From Tubiluchus corallicola (taxonomy: Eukaryota > Animalia > Priapulida), in NCBI GenBank assembly GCA_030141605.1, contig JAQGDQ010001828.1:1-23995 (forward strand): a stretch of 23,995 nt of DNA. Reading direction: 5' to 3'. This document shows, in pieces, positions 1 to 10,800 of the stretch. A program made the position numbers and the translations under genes. The notes under the pieces are model-generated. The model was not told where the DNA came from. It saw nothing but the letters and a program-made list of their open reading frames with translations, and made no database searches. Position 1 is the stretch's first letter, and each line of letters opens with the position of its first letter.

Positions 1-26
1 ATATATATATATATATATATATATAT
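1..26. repeat. (AT)n microsatellite, truncated by window edge
   Basis: Perfect AT run from position 1. Confidence 0.97.
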
Positions 27-445
27 CACATCACATCAAATAAACAAACAGATCAACAAGCAAAATAACATTAATTAACAAGATTAGCAAGCAACGTGAA
101 TAGATACAATTAAGTGAAAGTAAGATATGTTAGCACGGCGTACGACTCATTCTTGTCAAAAAATCAAAACAATTACGTTCTAGAGCCCATGTAGCTTCTT
201 TAGTGAAATTTACACTCCGTATTTGTTCATCGCTAGCATTACTTCTTACGTCTAATGTACAAGAAAAAAAATTAGAAAGAAAATTTTCATTTGTGTAAAA
301 AGTTTTGTACTCGTAAGTAGATAACAAATTATAACCTATTATAGAAGAGGCATGAAATCGAGAATTATGTGCAAAGAAATTGGCTATATGATTTTCACCA
401 TATAAGCAACTATGGTAAATCATTTCCGTAACTGTTTAAGTGGGG
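27..445 (-). mobile_element. Possible 5'-truncated non-LTR retrotransposon (LINE) 3' end
   Basis: The minus ORF 130-423 (HSCLYGENHIANFFAHNSRFHASSIIGYNL) resembles, from memory, the C-terminal 'SCL.S.N.IV.F.A...S.IG.N' segment of RTE-X-like ORF2 proteins. It is followed by a ~100 bp UTR ending ...TGATGTGATGTGA(TA)n, similar to the tail at 5200-5345. Not database-confirmed. Confidence 0.4.
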
Positions 446-750
446 GAAACAACATCACATATAAGAGGAAGACAGTATCTGCGTGATCTACACCTCAAAT
501 TTCAAAGTTTTCTTACTGCAATATTTCAAAATATGGCCAATATGGGACGGTCTATTTTGCCTTTAGTGACGTAACGCTGTCGTTTGGTTAATAAAACAAG
601 CCCGGGGGGTGACTGCACGCTCTATCCTTGTTAAGACAAACGCGTGTACGAGTGAAAGTGGAATAATTGACTGATGTTACAAGGAAACCACTGTACGAAG
701 CCATGACCTCCATCAGCCGGTATCGACGATTGTCTAATGTTATCATTAAA

Positions 751-1092
751 CAGGGTTAGGATGCACACTCGAACAGCGTGACACATTCTAGCATTCGTTA
801 ACAAGCACAAGCTTTGGACAGGGTTAGGATGCACACTCGAACAGCGTGACACATTCCAGCATTCGTTAACAAGCACAAGCTTTGGGCAGGGTTAGGATGC
901 ACACTCGAACAGCGTGACACATTTCAGCATTCGTTAACAAGCACAATCTTTGGGCAGGGTTAGGATGCACACTCGAACAGCGTGACACATTCCAGCATTC
1001 GTTAACAAGCACAAGCTTTGGACAGGGTTAGGATGCACACTCGAACAGCGTGACACATTCCAGCATTCGTTAACAAGCACAAGCTTTGGGCA
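751..1092. repeat. Minisatellite, 68-bp unit x5
   Basis: CAGGGTTAGGATGCACACTCGAACAGCGTGACACATTCCAGCATTCGTTAACAAGCACAAGCTTTGGR starts at 751, 819, 887, 955 and 1023; copies near-identical, no spacers. Confidence 0.97.
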
Positions 1093-1360
1093 AAATAATC
1101 ACACGTAACTAGCAGACATATGCGAAACAAATATAGGATGAAAAACATTTCACTAACGAACAAACACTTAAATTGTATGCAAAAATTAGTGACCGTGTTC
1201 TGATTTTCCCAGCTTGCAGGATTGAGATTCGTCATAGGAAATAAAGATACAGAGTTCTGAATAAAGAACAAATCATATGTCACTTTATTTGTGGATTTTT
1301 ATTTTTGGAAACCGGGCCCGAGATTCTTTTAGCTAAAAATAGCATAATAGTATCATTATA

Positions 1361-1637
1361 GCATACTATACATAATATAGTGTAGTGTAGTATAGTGTAG
1401 TGTAGTGTAGTGTAGTGTAGTGTAGTGTAGTGTAGTGTAGTGTAGTGTAGTGTAGTGTAGTGTAGTGTAGTGTAGTGTAGTGTAGTGTAGTGTAGGATAG
1501 GATAGGATAGCATAGCATAACATGACATAGGATAACATAGCATAGCATAGCATGGAAGAGTGAAGTAGAGTGCAGTGCACTACAGTACAGCACAGCACAG
1601 CCCAGGATAGTACAAGACAGTGCAGTGCAGTGCACTA
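1361..1637. repeat. Compound pentanucleotide microsatellite: (TAGTG)n grading into (TAGGA), (TAGCA), (CAGCA), (CAGTG)
   Basis: Near-perfect TAGTG run ~1378-1493, then degenerate 5-mer variants. Source of the YTTLH/TLHYT ORFs. Confidence 0.95.
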
Positions 1638-1875
1638 CTTACAGTAGCATTGTACTTCAATTTTCTCTTTCACAAACACGTGCGACACGCTCGTGGAATA
1701 TTTTTACTGTTGAAAATTATGTTAGTTTGTGATGTCACTAATAGATGGGTTCGCTTGCCGTTAATTTTAGTTTTTGATTTATTGCTTAATTGTCAGAAAC
1801 GCTTATGCAGTATTAAAATGTATGCATTTTATTAGTGAAAATGGGGTGGTATATAAAAAATGAATCTGTCTTCCT
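1638..1875 (-). mobile_element. Kolobok-type MITE family A, left part
   Basis: 1638-1745 is the reverse complement of ~17290-17395 (CTTACAGTAGCATTGTACTTCAATTTTC...AAAATTATGTTAGTTTGTGATGTCA). Shares AAAATGGGGTRGTATAT. Ends CTGTCTTCCT|TTAA (TTAA at 1876-1879). Confidence 0.8.
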
Positions 1876-2309
1876 TTAACTTTTGAAATTCACCTTTTTT
1901 AAAATGTTCTATTGAAGAACAAAAGTTTACTTTGTACGTTTCAAGCTACTTGTACTGCTTCAAAGAACTTGAGACTGGTGAGAGTGAACTCACTACGACT
2001 CGGCCATGATGGATGTCAGACGCCTCAAGAATAAAGAGTTAACTTTTTTCGCAAACTCGCGAGCGTAAAGTAAATGTAGTAAAAGCCCAAAATAAATCTT
2101 CAAAGTCGATGCTCAAAGGCTTATTACTGAACACGCTTCACGACAAAATACATTGGACGTTCATGTAAATACAGTTATGGCGTGTAAATATTGAAATGTC
2201 CCAGCTGTAATGCAATATGCAGACGAGACACAAGTTCTTGCAAATCGAATCATGCGACGGTAGCGACACCGTGAGGCTGATAGAAGCCAGTTTTAAAGGA
2301 CAAGAAAAG

Positions 2310-2606
2310 GGGTACCTGAAGTAGGTTTCAGAAAAATCGCATTAAAAAATGATACTACTTTATAGCAATTTTATGCATATATGACGTATTCGCGTTGAAA
2401 GGAATTTTTAATTGTTTTCATTTTAAATTTACCATAATTTCTTCCGCTGGTGCCATTACATGACGTCACTTACGCAAACGTAAATCAGGGAGAAGAAAAG
2501 GCAATGTTTAATTATGTTCCAAAAAAGCTTTCCATGTAAATCTAAATTATTTAACATTTGGCTTACCTGCTGGAAAAACTTACGTAACTAGAAAGAATAA
2601 TTTAAA
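2310..2606 (+). mobile_element. Dispersed repeat family C (old non-autonomous element), left half, interrupted by the Helitron
   Basis: Aligns to the reverse complement of ~22548-22830 (AAGTAGGTTT...TAGCAATTTTATGC...GCTTACCTGCTGGAAA...TAACTAGAAA). Confidence 0.85.
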
Positions 2607-2644
2607 CTAGCCAAACCCCACAAAAAGAATTTTGTGCACAAATC

Positions 2645-3200
2645 AACACACAACCCACACCACACCACTCCACCTCATCACACCACACTGCACCACATCA
2701 TACCACTCCACCTCATCGCACCACACTGCACCACACAATACCACCACACCACACCGCACCACACCATACCACCTACACACCACACCACCCACACCATACC
2801 ACTCCACCACATCACACCGCACAGCACCACACCATAACACCACACTGCACCACACCACCCACCCACCTACACACCACACCACCCACATCATACCACTCCA
2901 CCACATCACACCACACCGCACCACCCACACACCACACCACACCACCCACATCATACGACTCCACCACATCACACCACACTGCACCACACCATACCACTGC
3001 ACCGCACCACCCACACACCACACCACACCACCCACACCATAATACTCCACCACATCACACCGCACTGCACCACAACAACCCACCCACACACCACGCCATC
3101 CACTCCATACCACACTACCCACACCACACCCCACCACACCATCCATAGCACAACACACAAAGCACACCACCACCACACCACATCAAATCCACCACCTCAC
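2645..3200. repeat. Degenerate (CACCA)n microsatellite inside the Helitron
   Basis: CACCA/CACCACA/CACATCA variants; source of the His/Thr/Pro-rich and Val/Trp/Cys-rich ORFs. Confidence 0.95.
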
Positions 3201-3482
3201 GTGGTGATCATGATGTTGATGATGATGATGGTGGCAACGATGACGACACCTATAGCACAAGCACCAACAGCACAGCATTACAACAAAACCATTCCAAACA
3301 TTTTTCACAAAGTTGAAACTATGTGCTATAATATAATAAATAGCAAAGGTCCCGCAAAAGATTTTGCGTAAAAAACCACGTATAATCAATAACACGCAAA
3401 CATTCTACCTAGTCGTCATTTTTAACACAAAGCCCGTAGCAGCTTTTACTGAATTACAGCAGCGTAGCAGCTTTTTGCTGAA

Positions 3483-4780
3483 TTAAAGCTATAAGATTAT
3501 AGACAGAATACAATGGATGACGTCACAACAATGCCTTTGCGTCAGCAGTTTTCTAAGCGAAAATTGTCGAAAATAGAACATCTAATTAACTCGTTGGTAC
3601 TCCTCTCGGTGGACCTGTCCTAACATATAGCCCACACCATCGTATAGACCCGTTCTTCCTCTTTCTAAAGAGCTATATATCTCCTTCTGAGAGTCCCACC
3701 GGGCGCCGCTAGAACGTTTTTTCCGCATGCTGTTTGATCAGAATTTCGAAAAAACCGCGAGTTGGGTACGGGAAAACGCCCGTTGCGGGACGCCGTGGCC
3801 CTCTCGGGAATTCTAAATATGCCTACTACACCTACCGCTGAACGGGCTATCTATCCATACCCAGCACCCCCCTTGGCCCATTCCCGTTCTCTACATCTCA
3901 GCCGTATAACTTTTGCAAAAAACGGCCGAAAAATGGCCATTTTTCGAGGTTTTTCGCCTCCCCTTCCTCGCGGTGGGCCCAATTCGAAAAATAAACCATC
4001 AATGGCACGACACTAGATGGAGACCTTTCGTTTGATATATAGATCGTCGCAAATGGAGCCCTCGTCCGGGCTGTAGCCTCGAATCTTATATATATATATA
4101 TAAATTAAGATACCAAGAATATTAATATAAGAGTATAGATTAAAGCTGTAAGCAGAGTATAATGAATGACGTCAGAACAATGGCTTTGCGTCAGCTGTTT
4201 TCTAAGCGAAAATTGCCGAAAATAGAACATCTAATTAACTCGTCGGTACTCCTCTCAGTGGACCTGCCCTAAAATATAGCCCACATCATCGTGTAGCCCC
4301 GTTCTTCCTCTTTCTGATGAGCCATATATCTTCTTCCGAGAGTCCCACCAGGCGCCGCTAGAACGTTTTTCCAAAGGCTATTTGGTCAAAATTTCGAAAA
4401 AAATCGCGAGTTGGGTCCGGAAAAATGCCCGTTACGGGACGCCGTGGCCCTCTCGCGAATTCTAAATAGGCCTATGATACCCATCGCTGAACGGGCTATC
4501 TATTCATAGCCAGCACCCCCCTCGGCCCGTTCCCGTTCTCTACATCTCAGCCGTATAACTTTTGCAAAAAAACGGCTGGAAAATGGCCATTTTTGGAGGT
4601 TTTTCGCCGCCCGTTCCTCCCGGTGGGCCCGATTCGAAAAATAAGCCATCAATGAGACGACACTAGATCGAGACCTTTCGTTTGATATATAGATCGCCGC
4701 AAATGGTGCCCTCGTCCGGGCTGTAGCCTCGAATCTTATATATTAAGCCCATACAAAGAATATTAATATAAGAGTATAGA
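3483..4780. repeat. Tandem duplication of a ~650-bp module (3483-4139 and 4140-4780)
   Basis: Both copies run TTAAAGCTRTAAG...TTTTCTAAGCGAAAATTG...GGGCTGTAGCCTCGAATCTTATA...AATATTAATATAAGAGTATAGA, with many scattered substitutions. Confidence 0.96.
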
Positions 4781-5140
4781 TGTTTGTGCCAATTGGTAAA
4801 ATGTCGGTGACTCACCCTCCAGGGTGAGCCACTCACAAACCAAAAACGTATTTTAAATCTTATTGACAAGCAATAATTTTAAATTTTATTTACTTAGTAA
4901 CGTGTGCACTACGAATGCCCTGATTATGTTTGCAAATTATTACGCAATGTTATCTAAACTTGTTTCAAATGACTTATCATCAAAATGGCTGCGTCTAACG
5001 ATCATCGCGGGAGTTTAGATTTAAATGTTTTATACAATGTTGCTGCCGACGCACACCCTGCATGCAAAAAGGCAGTATGTAAGTGGTATAAAACTTCAAG
5101 ACGAATTTTTTAAGCTTCATGTAAGTGGAGGGTTTTGAAG
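4781..5140 (+). mobile_element. Dispersed repeat family C, right half
   Basis: Aligns to the reverse complement of ~22195-22545 (CCAATTGGTAAAATGTC...CCTCCAGGGTG...CAAAATGGCTGCGTCTAACG...TTTTTAAGCTT.ATGTAAGT.GAGGGTTTTG). Confidence 0.88.
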
Positions 5141-5199
5141 TTTTCAGTCACTGTTAACACGCTGCTAAGAATGATTACATCATATTGCCACCACTTTAC

Positions 5200-5345
5200 T
5201 GTTATTTAATTTAATTTTAATTTAATTTATTTCACATCACACACAAACAATAGTTAAAAAACAAATGTTTGCACAAAAGATCATCAAATCAATCATGCAG
5301 AGGGAGACGCTCAGAGACAAAATGACCTGCTTATGAGCCCCCAAA
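5200..5345 (-). mobile_element. Probable LINE/SINE 3' tail
   Basis: Minus strand: GGGGGCTCATAAGCAGG...T-rich tract...GATGTGAAATAAA(TTAAA)n, i.e. AATAAA followed by a short-repeat tail as in CR1/L2-group 3' ends. Confidence 0.45.
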
Positions 5346-5475
5346 AAGCAAAACTCGATTTAAGTCCTCAGCATCAGCGATAAATAAAAGAAATCAATGG
5401 CTTGTCTAAAATTTCTGGTTTGCATATTGGTAGTAAGCCTTTTCACAGTTCCAGCGATTGATGATGATCGTGAAA

Positions 5476-5764
5476 AGGTCAAAGGTTAAGTGTACCAGAC
5501 AACTCTTTATGTACACTTGACAACGCCTCGCAGCTGATGCTGTTGTAATAGTAACAGTTTTAGCAGCTAGCTAGAACCTTACCTAGTTCATTTTATCTTG
5601 TTCCCAAGTAAGATCCTGCTAGTAAATCACTCTACGCACAAACTAATGCATAATTAAACAAAGTTCACGTAAAACAACCGAAGTTAGTGAACTGATGCGA
5701 CAAACGGGTTTGCGTAACGGTTGTAGTTAAGACGTGTTGCTATGGTACACTTAACCTTTGACCT
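5476..5764. repeat. 289-bp segment bounded by a perfect 22-bp inverted repeat (MITE-like)
   Basis: AGGTCAAAGGTTAAGTGTACCA (5476-5497) and TGGTACACTTAACCTTTGACCT (5743-5764); no TSD visible. Confidence 0.8.
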
Positions 5765-5833
5765 ACAGCAACTGCGCGTGCGCACAACAAAACTGCGAAT
5801 AGGCTTATTTTTACTTTGTGGAAACATATAAAG

Positions 5834-5862
<29 letters not shown>
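5834..5862. repeat. (CA)n microsatellite
   Basis: Perfect AC run. Confidence 0.96.
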
Positions 5863-5864
<2 letters not shown>

Positions 5865-6210
5865 GGGAATGGCTGTTCCTAGAACAAATCTTTGGACGAG
5901 AAGTAGAAGTATTCCCATCGGGAAAGAAAGAATCAGGTGCCAAGCCCTTTTAGCACTTAAAACAATAAAAAAAGTGCTTATAATGCATATGCTTGATAAT
6001 TGTAAGTTTATTACCAGAAATGAGTAATAAAAGTAGGCAACGCTAGTCAACTGGAACTGAATAACACGAAAGCAAAGAGAAGAACAGGTAATGTGTGCTA
6101 AAAGTGTTAAAATACTTTCATTAATCATTTCTACCTCTATGTTTTCTAACAAAGTTTGTTATAACAACTGTTGGTTACATATACATAAACTCGTAACTAG
6201 TCGAGCTTTA

Positions 6211-6423
6211 AGCTACGACTACGTGTGCGTAATGCGTGATCCGTAATGCGTTATGCGCATACAGACGATAGCCATCACGTTCGAGTGAAAACGCATCACG
6301 CATTGCAGATTACGCATTACGTACACATGGAAACATATCCACGTATTTGAATATAAACTGCTGTATACGCATCATGCAATACGGATCACGCATCGCGCGT
6401 TACGCGCACAGGGAGTCGTACCT
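6211..6423. mobile_element. PIF/Harbinger-type (Tourist-like) MITE, 213 bp
   Basis: TTA|AGCTACGACT...AGTCGTACCT|TTA. Imperfect TIRs of ~55 bp built from ATGCGTR/YACGCAT subrepeats. 3-bp TTA duplication at 6208-6210 and 6424-6426. Confidence 0.75.
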
Positions 6424-6581
6424 TTATGGTCATTATACATGGAGCTACCTGAGACTGCTTAACATTAAACAGTTTAGTGATGCACTTGTGATAAAAAAAT
6501 CCATTATAAAAACTTCAACAAAGCCTGGTTGATAGGCACTGGCCTGCAGTTTTACAGGCAGTATGAGGTGGACAATTGAAC

Positions 6582-6944
6582 GGCGCTTTTTTGTCACATT
6601 CGCGTGGCCGACAAATAGAAGGCGGTACCGTGAGAACCCTGATCATGAACTGCAGTGTTAGTTTCTGACGTCATATGATGTAGAACCCATTTTTCGTGAC
6701 ATCATGCGTTTAAGCAGTACTGTAATACTTATGCAAATGTGCTTGACACGTAAGGGAAGATGCCTGCTATTACACAAACTGTGGTTAGTTTCTGACGTAA
6801 GCAATAGCTGTGTTCGGTTGCCATTAATTAACTTTCTAAGCTAATTATTCAAATATAAGAAACAATTGCTAACTTTTATAGGCAAGAAAATGTATATTTT
6901 GGACAGTAAAATAAAATAAGATTGAGTCTAAACAGTGGTCAACT
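6582..6944 (+). mobile_element. Kolobok-type MITE family B, 5'-truncated copy
   Basis: Colinear with 14998-15356 (ATTCGCGTGGCCGACAA...CACAAACTGTGGTTAGTTTCTGACGTAAGCAATAGCTG...ATAGGCAAGAAAATGTA). Ends CT|TTAA with an eroded TIR. Confidence 0.88.
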
Positions 6945-7736
6945 TTAAAAGATTTGAGAATTTTCTGAGCTTTTTGTTGTACTGAGGGGCAATCGAGGAA
7001 ATCTTTTTTATGACGTTATAATGTTTGCACGTACTGAATAATTGCCAAAGTGAAAAACGACTAACCAAGGTTTTGCTTGAATTTCTATCGTTCACTTTAG
7101 TGGAATTATAACAAACTTTGACTGAAAAAAATTATCACAAATCTCGCACAATTTTTCACGATTCTGCCGGGCCATTATAACGACATGCTAAATCTAATTG
7201 TTACATTCAATTCGGAAATTTTCATTTTACGTGGATCAAACTTGTTGAAAACAATCACGTCTGTCACGTGCACTCGTCCATCACGTCTAACTCGCACATA
7301 AATCACAAGCCAGTCTTCAAGAAAAATTAATGTAGCAAAATTTCGCCAGAAACACGTCCTGGCATTTTAAAACTTCCGATTCGGGCGAACCGTTGCCAAT
7401 TTATAGCCGTTTTAGTGGGAAATGTGGCGATAAGCGGCCCGTAAAATGAACGCAAATATGCACTGATTGATTGTTAACAAGAACACAAGTTAACGTAAAA
7501 GAAAAGTGTGAACCGGGATCAATGATTGATTGACGGTAAATAAGCGTGTAAAAGCCGAGTGCACAATGTGTGCTGAATTGTAAGCCATTTCCATGCGCAC
7601 TTGCGCACAATGTGTGCTAGCAAGCGATAAAGTAACGTTCTGGGGTCTATTGTAAAACTCACTGAAGAAAGCTCTGATTGCGAATTGGATTTGCAAATGC
7701 AAATGATTGGACATCTTGTTGTCGTTGAAGCATTGA

Positions 7737-8114
7737 TTGATAGCTGGGTACTCACACAAACGTAAGGCAGGTAGACAAATATCCAAAGCTTCAGCAACTA
7801 ACCTAAGAAAATCTTTAAAACTTCCAATCACTGAAGCACACAAAGAATATGTTACTTTACTTGTTATATTTAAATACTTTAACAACATCAGTAAACCGTT
7901 TCAAAATACCAGATTTAGCTTTTTTTACAAATCTTATCGTTAAAGTAATGTAAGCGAAATTAGGACAAATACCCACTATGGAACGAACTTTATAATAAAG
8001 CAAGCAATTATACTTTGGAGTTCTCTACCATTACAGGTTAAACAAATCAGGTCCCTATCAGCATTTAAAACAAAATTAAAATCATTAATATTAACCAGAT
8101 ATGAAATACCATAA
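7737..8114 (+). pseudogene. Decayed LINE ORF2 C-terminus (CR1/L2-group)
   Basis: One frame with a single internal stop (7941-7943): ...NLRKSLKLPITEAHKEYVTLLVIFKYFNN...NTRF..*..RTNTHYGTNFIIKQAIILWSSLPLQVKQIRSLSAFKTKLKSLIL. 'LW.SLP..VK...SL..FK.KLK' is the characteristic ORF2 terminus of this group. Confidence 0.75.
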
Positions 8115-9785
8115 ACACAAACACGACAACATACACACTGATTCAGAATTTCTTTATCCACGGTCATATTAATGAAATCGTAATTTTTAATTCTTGTGAA
8201 TAATTGCAAATACGTTTAGTTACAATAGTTTAGATTGCACTGACACATTTGCCTTTAGGAGTGCAGGTTTCAATCAGTTCACATAGTGGTCTTGACCACG
8301 CTGATAAAGATTTGTCATCAAGACAATATTGGACTTAACCCTTTGGTTACAGTACGTATACGAAGCTGCACTGAACTGTTGCATGCAGAGGAGCTAAAGG
8401 CAAAAATTGTTAAATACTGGATCAAATGTAACTAAAAGGCCTATATAACCCAAGTATACATTACAGTGTTTTAAACACATTATTATGACTACACAACGAA
8501 TTTATAGTTGTTATTAAACAAAAGACCCTTATAAATTAAATAGCACATTATTCAGTTGAATTTCGAACACGTGCATTGTAAAGATCGCCATGTTTCGCGT
8601 CTTCCGCCCGAGTGAGAGAGAATGACGTACGAGGTACAGAAAGCGTCTTTGGTTACCGATCTTCGTTACTGATGTTTGGTGACCTCGTGACTGCACTCAT
8701 TACGTCATAACGGTTTATCAAATTTAATACAGCTAACAACGAAGTGACAAAAAATCAAAAGAAACAAGTTTTACAGTAAGTTTATGATAAAATAAATTGA
8801 ATATTCTTAATGCGAGTAGGATTTTAAGTTGTAAAAGCTTATATTATAGTGAGGGTTTAGTTTGATTTTAAAGAAGTGATAAACTATGTCAGCTGTTCTT
8901 TTTTACATTCTCGAATTATTGATGAATTCTACTTTATCGTGTTTATGACTCTTTTGTGAGTTAGCAGTTTGTTTTTTAGTTTTTGCTAATCCGTCTTTTG
9001 ATTTTATACTTAAGGGTGCTGAATTCCATAATATTGCTCTAGTATACCTGAGTAACGAGATACCTGAGTTACTGAGTGCCTGAGTAACGACATCTCGCGA
9101 ATGACTCTAGTTAAAAATTGAAATGGAATTGAAAGTTCAAAAACTACATCTATCTCTCCTGGTGTCTTGCTTTCAAGTCGACCTTTTATGGGGCTAATTT
9201 CATGCAACTGCTTCAACTCAGAGAGCTGCCTAACATTCAGACAAGCAGAACTCGCCTGGAATATGACCAAAGTCTCACGAGGCTCTTCTCGCCTTGAACA
9301 TTATTGACTTTGACATCGCCTCTTAAGCAGTAGAGAATTCAGTTCGATCGATTCTTTGCTGTTTGATTAATATTAATGTGTTTTAATTGCCCTGGTGGAT
9401 CGTGCTAGATTATGGCACGTGGAATGTATGCCTGGCGGAAATACACGAAGCTTTCTAAGAAAAAAAATCGTAATGAGCAATTCTTTCTAAGATTACAATG
9501 CCGTGACGAGCAAAAGAGGAAATTACAGCCAGAGCTGCCAGTTTGTGATCTGCCAGTCTAATCTCCTTCCTCTATAAGAGTTTAAATTACTTTGAACATA
9601 TCATATCATAACACATCATACTTGAGCATTTTCATATTATGCTCCCTATACATACTTACACACGGTAATAGTTTTATTCTGGAGAAAAACTATTTCACAA
9701 CCGAAGTTAAGAAACGCTAAACCTGGATAATACCTCAGTAATAAGAATACATTTGAAAATGCATGTAGCCGAAAAGTCCAAATGT

Positions 9786-9995
9786 TCATCATTCGTACGT
9801 TCGTTCGTTCGTTCGTTCGTTCGTTCGTTCGTTCATTCATTCATTCATTCATTTGTTCGTTCGTACATTCATTTCTTCGTCCACTCATTCATTCATTCAT
9901 GTTGCCTTGCCTTGCCTTGCCTTGCCTTGCCTTGTCTTATCTTATCTTTCATTTATTCACCATTCAGTCACTCATTCATTCATTCGCTCATTTTT
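9786..9995. repeat. Compound microsatellite (TTCG)n-(TTCA)n-(CCTTG)n
   Basis: Directly visible; source of the SFVR/PCLAL ORFs. Confidence 0.95.
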
Positions 9996-10699
9996 CCATT
10001 CTTCCAATCTTATTTTTAATTTTTATGGCACGTTAGCTAGTTACAGTTAATTAATTTACAAATTTGCGATACATTAACACTCCCAAAGAAAATTTGAAAA
10101 ATCGAAATGGCAAATTACACGTTCGTGAATCTTTTCCTTTAATTTAATTTATGCGCTGCGTGTTCTACCTACTTCTGGCACTTTCACGTAACTCTAATTT
10201 TATGCTTGTTAATTTCATTGCCTGAAGATTCTTCAAGAAATCGATTCTAGTTCTTTTAGCTGAGAAGCTGCTCCAAAGTGCTCATCGATAACGTTAATTA
10301 GCAAATTCATAATTGCAGCGTGAGCAGAACTGCAACGATCATGAAGCTTACCTTTAACGTAAAGAATGTTAACGTTCCTATGACACTATTTTTTTATGTT
10401 ATTTTCTGTAGACTGTAGACTATGAGAATATTTTTTACTTAAATAGCTAAAGCTTTTTTATGTGAAAAGTCATTTGCACACTCGAAAAAACACTGCAAAT
10501 GCTTTCCCGAGTGTCTAAAAATGTAGGGAGCGCTCTTTTAATGAGTTAAAAATTGTTGTCTGTAAGATGTATATAGTGCATTGAAGTGTGGACAAACCTA
10601 TGATTCGAGCTTAACACTAAGATGCCAGAATCGAGTAACGCAGTCTCTTCATTACGGGCGTATCGCTTGATTCTGCTTACATGTAAATACAGCGAGAGT

Positions 10700-10800
10700 C
10701 ACACATGCGCAGTGTCGTTCCTAACGCGACGTCACTTCCGCTTTCTTCACCGATTTTTCGTTTTTCGCAAGATGTCTGTGCGGCGCGAAATTTGAAGTGT
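10700..10800. promoter_or_regulatory. Candidate promoter island: NRF1-like, CRE/ETS composite, E2F/CDE-CHR
   Basis: ACATGCGCA (~10703-10711), GACGTCACTTCCG (10728-10740) and GGCGC-GAAA-TTTGAA (10782-10796) in a locally CpG-rich patch. Confidence 0.5.

Larger units (their letters stand above)
2607..4780 (-). mobile_element. Non-autonomous Helitron with duplicated 5' module and internal microsatellite
   Basis: Minus strand reads host A | TCTATACTCTTATATTAATATT ... GGGTTTGGCTAG | T host. No TSD. Hairpin CACAAAA-agaa-TTTTGTG at 2619-2636, 8 nt from the terminal CTAG. Removing it rejoins the two halves of repeat family C. Confidence 0.88.

Noticed and set aside
751-1031. Telomeric repeat (AGGGTTAGG in each 68-bp unit)
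   Set aside because: Only about 1.5 TTAGGG units per monomer; not a telomeric tract.
751-1092. CRISPR array (also considered for 17776-18426, 18646-19125 and 23301-23995)
   Set aside because: Units are head-to-tail with no unique spacers, there are no cas genes, and the context is eukaryotic.
2632-3181. His/Thr/Pro-rich or Val/Trp/Cys-rich proteins
   Set aside because: Translations of the (CACCA)n microsatellite, open in several frames on both strands.
9043-9095. Short CCTGAGTWAC triplication (similar small duplications at 3435-3490 and 23010-23053)
   Set aside because: Two or three short copies only; ordinary local slippage with no further structure seen.
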